A DNA stretch of 21,747 bases from Octopus sinensis (taxonomy: Eukaryota). Below the pieces are notes generated by a model that saw only the letters and a list, made by a program, of their open reading frames with translations, had not been told where the DNA came from and ran no database searches. Shown piece by piece: positions 1 through 10,041 of the stretch. The stretch lies in the NCBI RefSeq assembly GCF_006345805.1, contig NW_021823745.1, positions 1 through 21,747 on the forward strand, written 5' to 3'. Position 1 is the first letter of the stretch. Each line of letters opens with the position of its first letter. Position numbers and translations under genes: made by a program.

Positions 1-1
1 C

Positions 2-133
2 CACTTAGGAACATGTGGAGAAGGAAGATTCAAGATCTTTCCCTTCTATAAATGCCTAAGGAATGACACTTTCTTCAGAAAGAATATGGAACAACACTTC
101 ATAGCAAAATTCTCCCCCAAACAGAATGACTGA
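2..133 (+). pseudogene. C-terminal end of a Penelope-like GIY-YIG endonuclease domain (runs off the window start)
   Basis: Frame from nt 2 reads HLGTCGEGRFKIFPFYKCLRNDTFFRKNMEQHFIAKFSPKQND*, matching the H..C...F.I.P....R...E..FI.KF.P.(L)N terminus of PLE GIY-YIG domains. Confidence 0.6.
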
Positions 134-190
134 AAATATGAAAACCACATTAACTTCCTTATAAACCCATCTGGAACCCTAAGATATATG

Positions 191-192
<2 letters not shown>

Positions 193-222
<30 letters not shown>
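193..222. repeat. (TG)15 microsatellite
   Basis: Direct reading. Confidence 0.97.
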
Positions 223-223
<1 letters not shown>

Positions 224-226
<3 letters not shown>

Positions 227-303
227 GAAACATTCTTGCATCCAGATTTTCCAACCCATACCAGTATGGGAATCAAGCATTGGACAATGATGATGATGAT
301 GAT
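224..303 (+). mobile_element. Short 3' terminal fragment of RTE-type LINE/SINE with (GAT)n tail
   Basis: AGAAAC...CCAACCCATACCAGTATGG...(ATG)n matches the reverse complement of the 3' ends at 13081-13230 and 16317-16440. Confidence 0.65.
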
Positions 304-337
304 AAGTCCAGACAATTTTTTGAAAAATAACTTTCAT

Positions 338-963
338 TATTCTGTTGTGTCTGGGGAGAGTCATTTTCTTTTTGTGCCTTATGATATAACACACTCACAG
401 GGGAAAATTTCCATTTATTTCTTATTTTTATTTTCCTAAAATTTTCGTCGCATCTTGCAAACTTTTCAATAGTCTTGACTGTCCGTTATTTACACTGAAT
501 TCCTTTTTGTTTGTTTGTGTGCATGTGTGTGAGTCAGTGTGTGTGTGTGCATGCACGTATGTATGTATGTATGTATGTATGTGTGTATGCATGTATGCAA
601 GTGTGTGTAAGTATATATGTGTGTGTATGCATATGTATATATGTATGTATGTGTGTGCATCTGTATGTATGTATTCTGCATATTCATGTGCTTGCATGTT
701 AGTGTTTGTGTATTTTCTATGTGTGTGAGCGTGCGTTTGTATATGTATGCACCTCTGTCTCCTTGTGTGTGTGTGTGTTTTGCAACTAAGTACCATGTTT
801 ATATGTATGGATATGGATCTCTATATGGGTGGACCCGTGTCTCCATATGTGTCCTTGTGTGGAGTAAAGTGTGAGTGTATATATGGTCATGTGTTTCAGT
901 CTCTATTTGCATATATGTGCTTGTCTGTTCTTATAATCTATGTACCTATCTGTCTGTATGTTG
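338..963. repeat. Left arm of ~630 bp inverted repeat, including a compound TG/TATG microsatellite core
   Basis: Reverse complement of 2313-2958. 338-448 is identical to 2848-2958; the inner non-repetitive part is about 90% identical by eye. Confidence 0.95.
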
Positions 964-1106
964 AACTGTTTATTTTCATATCCATATGCTTACATACAAA
1001 AAAAAGAAAAAAAAATGTGCATACACACAGACATCTATCTACATAACAGTCCACTAACTATTCTACTCTACCTGTGTAAACTGTGAGTATGGAGGTATGA
1101 TATCTA

Positions 1107-2310
1107 CTATGCATATTTCCTATTTAGTATTGGGGAAGTTTCATTTATAAGGACGTACAACTGTATTTGTCTGAGTGTTGGGTCATTTGGGTGCTTGGAT
1201 AAGATGCGGATGTCAAGTTGACCCAAGCTGCCTCCATGGTGGTCTTTGGCATGTTGGTAAAGTATGGAGGACCGTTTTTTGTCATCATATTGTCTCAGAT
1301 GTCCATTTCGTCGTTCCGCAATGCTCCTAGATGTCTCCCCTATGTACGTCATGTTCATTTCTTTACAAGCACCTTCTATGCATCTTATGCTGTAAACTAC
1401 ATTTCGAGTTCTACAGGTAATGCCAGAGCTAATCCTACATACCATGCAGTTATCATTGGTGCATATGGTATTCTCAAAGGAATAGTTGTGATCTGATGGA
1501 GTTCCCTGGCTTTTCAACAATGTTGAGTTTGGTCTCCTTCAGAGCTTTTCTAAATCTACGGGCTAGTTCTTCATGGGCTGTGGCTTCTACAAACATCACT
1601 CCTTGATATTTGTCGGTTTTATACCATGTGTTCGCCCTGTTTGCTTTGTCACAAGTTCTTTGTATCCTATTCCATTCTTTGTTTCTATATTTAGGGCAGG
1701 TACCACTGATATCATTACGTATAACATTACCTAATTTCCTACTAGCTGCCCCCACCCCCTGTATACTCGAACCCTACCTTTCTGATCATACCCAGAGAAT
1801 TGCATGCAGTGCATGAAGTTCTGTATATGTATTTTTCATTTTATAGGGGACGCATAGTGGGGACACATTGTTAATTATTCTAACTAAGCCTGCGATCAGT
1901 ATGTTAATTTTCATCTTGTGTGACACAGCTGAGTTCTTGTGAACAACATATTTTGAAGTTATGGGTGTCATGTAATAGGAGTGGAAGAGCAGCACCTATT
2001 GTTCAGTCTCTAACCAAAGTTCAGTATCAAGTACAGGGAGTCTATTGTTGGGGTGCTTAGTGAGGTAATCTATAGTTAACTTGATACTTTGATGGATGGA
2101 GTTAGCTATTTGCTGGATGCTCTCCATTATGTTCTTCTCAGTTTCTACATTACCATCACTAGAGTTGGTCCTAACTATGATATTAATGTCATCTTCATAT
2201 CTACTGTAGAGTAGAAGAGTTAAGGACTGTTCTGCTAACCTTTGTTTAAGTTTTCTGTTCCAACAGCTCATGAAGAGGCCAGTCACATTTCCAGCTACAC
2301 CTACATGTGG
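1107..2310 (-). mobile_element. 5'-truncated, degenerate Penelope-like retroelement: RT (motifs 4-5 to thumb), linker, Cys-rich GIY-YIG endonuclease
   Basis: ORF pieces read GNVTGLFMSCW...YSRYEDDINI (YxDD), LPVLDTELW, YVVHKNSAVSHKMKINIL, VMFVEAT...IVEKPG, and C..C...CRTRNVVYSIRC...C...YIGETSRSIAERRNGH...ILN. The pieces are broken by stops and frameshifts. Confidence 0.93.
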
Positions 2311-2312
2311 AT

Positions 2313-2958
2313 ACATACAGATGGATGGGTACATAGATTATAAGAACAAACAAGCACACATACACAAATGGAGACTGAAACACATGACCATATATACAAA
2401 CACACTTTACTCCCCACAAGGACACATATGGAGACACTGGTCCACACATAAAAAGATCCACATCCATACACAGTACATAGTTGCAAAACAAACACACACA
2501 CAGATATGTATACACACAGACATGCACACACAAGGAGACAGAGGTGCATACGTATACAAACATACGCTCACACACACACATACATAGAAAATACACAAAC
2601 ACGGACATGCAAGCACATGAATATGCAGAATACATATATACAGATGCACACACATACATACATGTATACATATGCATACACACACATATATACTTACACA
2701 CACTTGCATACATGCATACATACATACACACATACATACATGCATGCATGCATGCATAGGCACACACACACATGCGCACAAACAAACAAAAAGGAACTCA
2801 GTGTAAATAATAGACAGTCAAGACTATTGAAAAGGTTGCAAGATGCAACGAAAATTTTAGGAAAATAAAAATAAGAAATAAATGGAAATTTTCCCCTGTG
2901 AGTGTGTTATATCATAAGGCACAAAAAGAAAATGACTCTCCCCAGACACAACAGAATA
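2313..2958. repeat. Right arm of ~630 bp inverted repeat, fused directly to the 5' truncation point of the Penelope relic
   Basis: RT-coding sequence switches to the inverted copy of 338-963 at ~2312/2313; the match ends at ACAGAATA (2958). Confidence 0.95.
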
Positions 2959-3578
2959 TGCTTCAACACATGAACTCATATAAAGAATCTTGCAAACCAA
3001 ATCCAAAAATGAAACTTACAGTAACCACCTGGTCTTGGCATTTTTACAGACCAAGAATCAACTTGTCATCATCTATTGAAAGAACTGACCAACTGTATAG
3101 ATATAAACACATTTTTTCTTCTTTCTTCCTTCCTTTCTTTCCTTCTCTTTTCCATTGACACTAAGAAAAAACACATTTTTTCACTTTGAAAACATTTTTC
3201 TTTCAAAAAACCTGGTGAGCTGGCAGAACCAAAGTAAGCATCTGTCCTAGCCACCTACTTAAAAATATATATTCTTTTTCTTTGTCTCTTGTTCAAAAGC
3301 TTCCTTTCAGATACAGGAGCACACACACCACACACAAACATTCTCAGTTTTTCCCTCCCTCCACATTATTCTTCTTTCTCCCCTCTCCCTCTCCACCCCA
3401 ACCTATTCACTAATACTATAAAAATAGATAAATCCCTTCACAAAATTTAAATCTGAAAAATCTATTAGAGTAGATGAAAGTGCTTATATGTGATTTGTAA
3501 AAACATTTCACACTTTAATAAATATTTGTATATGTACAACCATCCAGATCACTGAATATCTTATTTATTTATATATAT

Positions 3579-3579
<1 letters not shown>

Positions 3580-3630
<51 letters not shown>

Positions 3631-3640
3631 TGATGATGAT
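3580..3640. repeat. (AAT)n grading into (GAT)n microsatellite
   Basis: Direct reading. Confidence 0.95.
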
Positions 3641-3744
3641 AATTAGAAAATGGAAATGAATTGAATATAAATGAATTTATTAATTAATCAATACCATCAC
3701 CTACAATTGTTTCATTTCATGAAGTCAAAATTACAAGACATATA

Positions 3745-3934
3745 AATAAAATTTTCATTTTAAATACCTTTGGTGAAAATCTTCAGGTTACATATAAAGA
3801 CTACATAGTGATTTGATGGAATATTCAATTTATACACAGAATATATATTTATGTTTACAATGTGTAAGTGTGTGTGCACGCATTGTTAAAAATATTCATT
3901 CATTTTTTTAATTCAGTATTACTAATAACAATAT
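3745..3934 (-). repeat. Outer segment of the left arm of the old inverted duplication (paralog of ~21338-21545)
   Basis: Reverse complement aligns collinearly with 21338-21545; shared blocks include ATTGTTATTAGTA, TGAATATTTTTAA, GTAAACATAAATATA, TGAATATTCCA and ATTTTCACCAAAGG. Confidence 0.85.
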
Positions 3935-5690
3935 CATTGGGCAAAAAAAACAAACTGTCATGCTATTTAAACTTTTTCAGATGATTTAGGGTAATTTTAA
4001 GGTACTGAATCTGAATCTGACATCAGTTTTCAGACAGCAAGTGTAGCTTTTTTAGTTATTCACAGCATCAGATTTTCCAACCAATTGATAATATTGACAA
4101 AGTAGTAGGCTATTTGCTTTCAATTTTCATTCATATACTCATCACGGAAACAAAAATAAGTGCTAATAGAGGTTAAATGTAGGTTACCTGTTAAATTGTC
4201 ACACAAGATGAGAATTTATTTTACTTTGTTATTGCTGTAATTATAGTAAAGTTCTCCTCACAGAAGGCTATTGATATTAAGTTATAGAAAGCCACTCAGA
4301 CACCCTTTCCTTGATAACTGCTAGTGCTGTTAAAACAAAGTACATCAAATAAGAGAGCCAGGTTACATGAAAAGCAGTTTAGTAGAAAGTTTAGTTATTT
4401 ATTAAAGTGATCAATCCTTGAAATTTAGAGATGGAAAAAATTGTTTCATGATAGCCATAGCTTCAGTACATTCTATAATAATTTCAATGATTTTTTTGAG
4501 AAATATATTTTGATGTTTTACAGTAACATTTACATTTGATTTATTTTATATTTTAGTTTACTGATAGTCTTCATTGAGTGTTGATTTAGGTTATTTCTGT
4601 TTATTTTTGATGAGGAGACAAGTTTGTGCTAATCCCCAGGACAGCTTTTGTTATGTGTGGAAAATTTACATCAAAAGATCAGAGAAATAAGCTTACAACA
4701 AAATTTTAAAATGCTTACAAGCTTTACTTTGGGTCCAAAGTTGGGGACCAAGATAAACTGTGGGCACCTCCTCTTTGTTGCAAAAGCTGCTACATAGCTC
4801 TAACCCAATGGTTGAAAGATAAACGGAAAAGTATGCGCAAACCAACAAACCACTATACCAATTGTTATTTCTGCTTAACTAATATCACAGGTTTCTCTAG
4901 GGAGAACAAATCCAAGATTTGTTTGTCGAGATTGCTCTTCAGCTTTAAAACCAGTTTCTCATGCTGCTGAAAATATTCCAATTCCAGAACCTCCTTCATC
5001 TTTTGACAAAGATAGTTTAAATGAAGAAAATACTGCATCTACTTCAATTGAAGGCATGTCAAGTGATACCGCAGATCACTGTGATGAACCAGGATCTTCG
5101 AAAAAAGTTCTGTATTTATTGAGTCCACTTGAGTTAAATGATTTAGTTAGAGACTTGGGTTTAACAAAAGAAAAGTCAGAACTACTGGGCTCCAGGTTGA
5201 AACAATGGAATCTTTTACACCATGTTATAAAATATTCGTACTTTCAAAACGGCATACAGAATTGCATTAATTCATTGCATGTAGGATTAAAGGAAATGTA
5301 TGAATCAATGGATAAAATTTTGCACTTGATTAAATATTCTGAACACAAGTGGAATATATGCAGGGACTTGAAAGTTATTGGTTTGCTTCTTGGGTTGCAA
5401 ATGGGGTATGTAAAGCATTAGTGCTTTTTGTGCCTTTAGAACAGCAGAGATGACAAGCATCACTATAATCAAAAACAGTGGCCAAAGTGAAGAGAATTCA
5501 CTCCAGGGAGATATGACATTAAATATATATCCCTTTAGTTGACCTTCAGAAAATTTTCCTTCATCCCTTACACATTAAATTTGGCTTGTTTAAGAATTTT
5601 GTTACGGCCATGAATGTAGACAATGAAGGATTCAAATATCTCAGTGAAAAATTTGTTTCTAGCATGAGTGAAACTAAAATCAAAGCTGGT
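3935..5690 (+). mobile_element. Degenerate Chapaev3-like (CMC) DNA transposon, left end plus 5' part of transposase; 3' part missing
   Basis: Paralogy to the other arm stops at 3934 and the element opens CATTGGGCAAAAAAAA (CAC-like terminus). The pseudo-ORF from ATG 4610 reads CANPQDSFCYV(CG)...GDQDKLWAPPLCCKSC...NHYTNCYFC...ELNDLVRDLGLTKEKSELLGSRLKQWNLL...WNICRDLKV...PLHIKFGLFKNFV. The superfamily name is from motif recall. Confidence 0.75.
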
Positions 5691-5820
5691 GGACAAGATA
5701 TCTCAAGAACAACCATATGAATTCAGATGAAACTTTCAGGGATGCTTGGCCTCATGGCTAGCATAAACTGATTAGATTTTGGGATCAATCTGGTACTGGA
5801 CAAGGATTCTAGATTATTTG
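5691..5820 (+). mobile_element. Fragment of a non-autonomous Helentron-associated (HINE/DINE-like) repeat
   Basis: CAAGATATCTCAAGAAC...GATGAAACTTTCAGGGATG...GATTAGATTTTGGGATC...GGACAAGGATTCTAGATTAT resembles the internal region of HINE-like elements; it abruptly replaces the transposase. Confidence 0.45.
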
Positions 5821-6207
5821 TTATATTTACTTAAGTATTACGATCTTACACTGAATTTTAAGTCTTTCTCTGATCATCTCCCTTGAAAGCACACCCATGG
5901 TTTCCACATAAGTTATGACAGTGTTGTTGCTTCCAAAGTATTATTTTGTTTCTCTAATATTAATTTTACACACATCTCTATCTTAGTAGAAACTGATGAA
6001 CAAAGAAATCAAACTACATAAACAAATGGCAGCAAAACTGCTCAGAAATTAAATAACACTAGAATATTTAGTAACAATAATAAATTTAATTTATCCTTGA
6101 TAATTTTTAGTTTTACCAATTTTGAATATATAGCTCCTGTTCAAAACCTCTTACCTACTTGGCAATTGCATTTCTAGCTCTGCCTTGAAGGAAGCTTTAC
6201 TTCTTGA

Positions 6208-6372
6208 ACTCACATTTTTGTGTGCAACGATGTTGTTAAACCTCCGTTAACAGCACTGTATGCAGGTCCTTTCCATTTTCTTTCACACATGGATACATTT
6301 TTCACTATAGACTTTAATGGTCATTAAGACACTATATTAGTGGATAGACTAAAAAAGGCTTTCATAGAGAAA
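6208..6372 (+). pseudogene. Ty3/Gypsy integrase C-terminal (GPY/F) fragment
   Basis: THIFVCNDVVKPPLTALYAGPFHFLSHMDTFFTIDFNGH*DTILVDRLKKAFIE matches the THVFVR.D....PL..PY.GPF.V.....F.I..NG..D.VS.DRLKPA consensus; one internal stop. Confidence 0.8.
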
Positions 6373-6460
6373 ACTGTTCCTGTTCCCAATGCAGACGACA
6401 CACATGCAGCATTACAAATATGGCCCCACACACCCACCTTCACATTCCATGACTACCATT

Positions 6461-6660
6461 GGGATGGATCAGATAGTGGATAAGGATTCTGGATTAATTT
6501 TCCGTGTTTTTTACTTAATTTTTGAGAGCAGTCAGGTTCATTTTTAGTATTCTCGTTTGTGAGAGCAGTTGAGTTTATTTCAGATATTCTCATTTTAAAA
6601 ATCCTCTCCAGTTAATCGTTGAGAGGACATTAGTGTTGCCTTGGTGGAGATTTGTGCTCT
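6461..6660 (+). mobile_element. 3' part of the same HINE-like repeat with subterminal CCTTGGTGGAG motif
   Basis: Restarts with a diverged copy of 5781-5820 and ends GCCTTGGTGGAGATTTGTGCTCT, similar to the CCTTGGCGGAGGTTTGCGCTCT 3' subterminal motif of such elements. Confidence 0.45.
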
Positions 6661-7529
6661 TGTTTAATATTCATATTTATATTTAAATTTAATAATGATA
6701 ATAATCAATTAAATTATATAAGAGTAGAAGTAGATAATTAAAATATATAATATCTTAATATAAAAAAAATACCCTGTCTGTGTGTGTCCTCAATGCATGC
6801 TCAAAGTTCTGAATTAATTTGTACCATACTTGGGGTACATGAATAATTTGACCTTGGAAAGAATAATGTAATCTTGATTTATTTTTTGTTTTTTAAAATA
6901 AATAATATTGCTCTATAGAAAAGATTCACTTGTTCAAATCGTTTTCTTAACTTCCTGTGCTTGAACTTCCTGTCTTTGATGTCCTAACACACATGTATGT
7001 ATACATTATTACAGTTGTGATGATTCTGACAAAAAGAATTTCTAAAGGTACTTTCATGTCAGAAAAATAATTTCATACGGAGACAGACACCATTTTTTCA
7101 GTTAATTAAATGAGGTACTATATACTGTACATTAATTTTCCAAAACATATTTTGGCCATTTTGGGAACAAGTGGCTTTATTAAGACTTGATATTTCACAT
7201 TTAAATCCCATGTGATTATTCTTGATGCAAATCAACTTATTAACACTTTCACTTAATTGTATTGTCAATGTCAACATAGTAACTAAGTAAACAGCTATTT
7301 ACACACACACACACACACACGTATGCATACATCATTACAGTTGTGACGATTTCAGATAAAAAACAAATTCTAAATTCACTTACATTTTATATTTTCTTCT
7401 CTGGCTTTCTATTTGTGTAAGATATATACTTATGTGAGTGTGTGTGTGTGTGTGTGTGTGTAAGAGAAAAAAAATTTCATATGGAGATTTCATTTAATTG
7501 ATCAATTGTCAACAGGGCATAATTACAGA

Positions 7530-7900
7530 TTTCTGCAACCCTCAGAGACTTTGGATGATCATAACTTTAAGAAAAATGGATATTTTTTAATGAAATTTTC
7601 TACGAATATGTTCTATATCATGTAGATTCTGAATATATAAAATTTGTTGGGGGAAGTGTTCACTGGAGTCCTCTTCAATCTGCTTAACTTTCACGAAAAT
7701 GGATATTTTTAAATGAAATTGTTGACAAATATACCTTGGACTATATACATATAAGATTTTGTGGGAAATCCTATATGTACATATAGGAATTTTGGGGTGG
7801 GGGGAAACAATTGGGGATTATTTTTCAGAACTGTTCCTCATTCGGAGGTGTTTTGGAACAAGTCATCCGTATTTGTTACATTTTCTCTCTTTTGTGCATC
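7530..7900 (+). repeat. ~370 bp repeat, inverted diverged partner of 8530-8905
   Basis: Collinear blocks ACTTTGGATGAT, AAAAATGGATATTTT, AAACAATTGGGGATT and GAACAAG are shared with the reverse complement of 8530-8905. Confidence 0.8.
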
Positions 7901-8109
7901 CATAGATTTCTACTGAAGCAACAGGCAATGAAAGCAAATGAACCCCTCATCAGAAAACTCATGCTAAAAATAACAGCTGAACGTATGGTACACAGATATA
8001 TGCTTCTAACATGACTTATCTATTGCATACATTTTTTTTTTCACGGAAGTAAATTCCCAGGTAAATGGTTCTAATAGAAAGGGAGAAGACATCAGAGGCA
8101 AAAATAAGG

Positions 8110-8225
8110 AAGGAATTACAACCATGTTTCGTGGTCTGCTACCACAACAGCTCCTTTATAGGATCCAGTTAGCTCAAGACATCATCAGGAGGAACCACGT
8201 CCAGTTTCGGCCCCTACTCCTCTAC
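8110..8225 (-). ncRNA. Cluster of degenerate type I hammerhead-ribozyme-like motifs (probable Penelope pLTR relic)
   Basis: The minus strand has CCGAAAC (around 8208), CTGATGA (8188-8182), and a unit at 8156-8110 with stem I AAGGAG/TTCCTT, stem II GTGGT/ACCAC, GAAA, stem III ACA/TGT and a GTA site. Its CUGAUGA core has decayed to CTGTT. Confidence 0.45.
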
Positions 8226-8529
8226 CGTTTATAAATGCACAGTTAAATATAGAAGTGTAAAGTATAATTTGTTACATAATCTCTAAAATAAACATGATAC
8301 TGAATGGAATAATTCCTCATTTGATCTTTTTTCATTATATGTGTGTGTGTGAGGACACTGAAAATAAGCATGCTACCCTTTTGTGCTTTTGTTTTTTCTT
8401 TGTATTCCCACCTTGTCTCCAATGGAGATTCTGAATATGCAAAAAATCTACTTTTAGACTTTTTAATACACCCACTCCTTAACTTTTCAATTTTTTTCTT
8501 GAAATTTTACAACTAGGGTTAAGGGTTAT

Positions 8530-8905
8530 ATACAGGTGCACAAACACACAAAACGGAGAAACTGAAACAAATATGGATAACTTGTTCTGAAACATCCTCC
8601 AGTGGGGAATAGTTCACAAAAAGAATCCCCAATTGTTTTCCTCCCAAATCCTATATGGATGGAATCTACATACTTCAAGGTATATTTGTATTAAAGAATA
8701 TCCATTTTCTTAAAGTTAAGACAAATTCAAGTGGATTCCGGTGAATTTTCCGAAAATCCTCCTCCAACCCTGATAAAATACTTTTTCCCCCAAAATTTGT
8801 ATGTTGGGAATCTACGTGATATAACACATATTCATTAAAAATTTCATTAAAAATATCCATTTTTCTGAAAGTTATCATCATCCAAAGTTGGTGGGGAGGG
8901 GCAGA
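8530..8905 (-). repeat. ~370 bp repeat, inverted partner of 7530-7900
   Basis: See 7530-7900. Confidence 0.8.
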
Positions 8906-8909
8906 AAGC

Positions 8910-9520
8910 CTGTGGTGAGATGGTACCAACTGTCAATGATCTCATAATGCATGTGCTCCCAAACATTGCACAAAACTTTAGCAACAGTCAATGGCTCTGT
9001 GAGTGAGCCATCTTAGTTCCATGTAATGATGCTATTAACAAAATCGATTGGGATCTCTTGTAGTTGTTGCCTGGACAATAACAGTCTTTCAAACTAAGTT
9101 CTTGAACTCTCTACAGCCATCTGGGACGCTACCTCATCACTTAACACTTAAAAAGGAGGCCCCAATCATGCTGCTCAGGAATCTGGAATCACCTCGTCTG
9201 TGCAATGGCACCAGACTGGTGATGAAAGTGATGTGACTCCATGTCCCAGAAGCAATAATTATGACCAGGAACTATAAGGGTGAAGATGTCTTCATTCCAC
9301 AGATCCTGTTAATCCCACATGACATCCCCTTTGAATTTAAATGGTTCCAGCTCCCAGTGAAACTAAGTTTCACTATGTTAATAAATAAGGACAGTCTCTC
9401 TTGTTAAACATCACCTTGCTTCTCGCATGGGCAATTATATGTAGGATGTTCGCAGGTTGGAAGTCCCCAAAATCTTTTCATTTATACACCAATTAAAGAC
9501 ACACTCTAAACATCATTTAG
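8910..9520 (+). pseudogene. Helitron PIF1-family helicase, C-terminal fragment
   Basis: NDLIMHVLPNIAQNFSNSQWLCE*AILVPCN, FLNSLQPSGTLPHHLTLKKEAPIMLLRNLESPRLCNGTRL, GEDVFIPQI..IP.DIPFEFK.FQLPVKLSFTMLINK, FSHGQLYVGCSQV; multiple disablements. Confidence 0.93.
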
Positions 9521-9887
9521 AAGCTCTAGATAATTAAACTGTGACTGATTGCTGGATTTGTTTCAATACATTGTTTATACTCACATCATCACATAAAATT
9601 TTTATTAAATGTACTTATTAACAGGAGGAGAGGGCTGCGACTGGTTCTTCTCAAATTTACGCACTTTCAGGTTCAATGCATTTCAAATAAGTACTGATAA
9701 TTGAAGGTGATTGCAAAGACAAAGAACTACCTGGTCTTTAACAGTTCTAACAGTGAAAACATTGAATAAAACATGTTATTGACATTAATAGTTTGTACCT
9801 CAGCTAATTACTGTTTGAGAACTGCATAATCCAGGTTCATTTTAGTTAGGGATTTAAAAGGCATATTTAAATTTCATTATTTCCAAT

Positions 9888-9940
9888 AACCTGGGAAACG
9901 GCAGGTTTATTATGTATAAAGTTGGTATCTCAGCTACTAG
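9888..9940 (+). other. Internal (upstream) Helitron 3'-end copy: hairpin plus CTAG
   Basis: Perfect 6 bp stem AACCTG-GGAAACGG-CAGGTT (9888-9907) and CTAG at 9937-9940. The preceding ~45 bp are duplicated before the terminal hairpin at 10013-10030. Confidence 0.7.
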
Positions 9941-10041
9941 GAGGTAAGACCAGTGTAGTCTGTGTTTCATGTTAGAGATCTAAAAGGTATTTTTAAATTT
10001 CATTTTTCTTTAACCTGGGCAACAGTAGGTATTTCAGCTAG

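Larger units (their letters stand above)
6753..10041 (+). mobile_element. Helitron 1, non-autonomous composite, 3289 bp, both termini defined
   Basis: A|TCTTAATATAAAA 5' end, and a 3' hairpin ACCTGGGCAACAGTAGGT followed by CTAG|T. The flanks rejoin to match the uninterrupted paralog at 17473/17474. No TSD. Confidence 0.88.

Noticed and set aside
428-1046. Long His/Thr- or Cys/Val-rich ORFs here and at 2246-2868
   Set aside because: These are translations of TG/TATG microsatellites that lack stops in several frames; not genes.
338-1100. Expected hammerhead in the Penelope 3' region or inverted arms
   Set aside because: No CTGANGA...GAAA arrangement was found on either strand by eye.
3212-3232. 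GGTGAGCTGGCAGAA resembling an octopus SINE head
   Set aside because: Only ~15 nt match and the following sequence does not continue as a SINE.
5691-6660. Right TIR and TSD of the Chapaev3-like element
   Set aside because: No TTTTTGCCCA(G/A)TG-like terminus was seen; the 3' end appears deleted.
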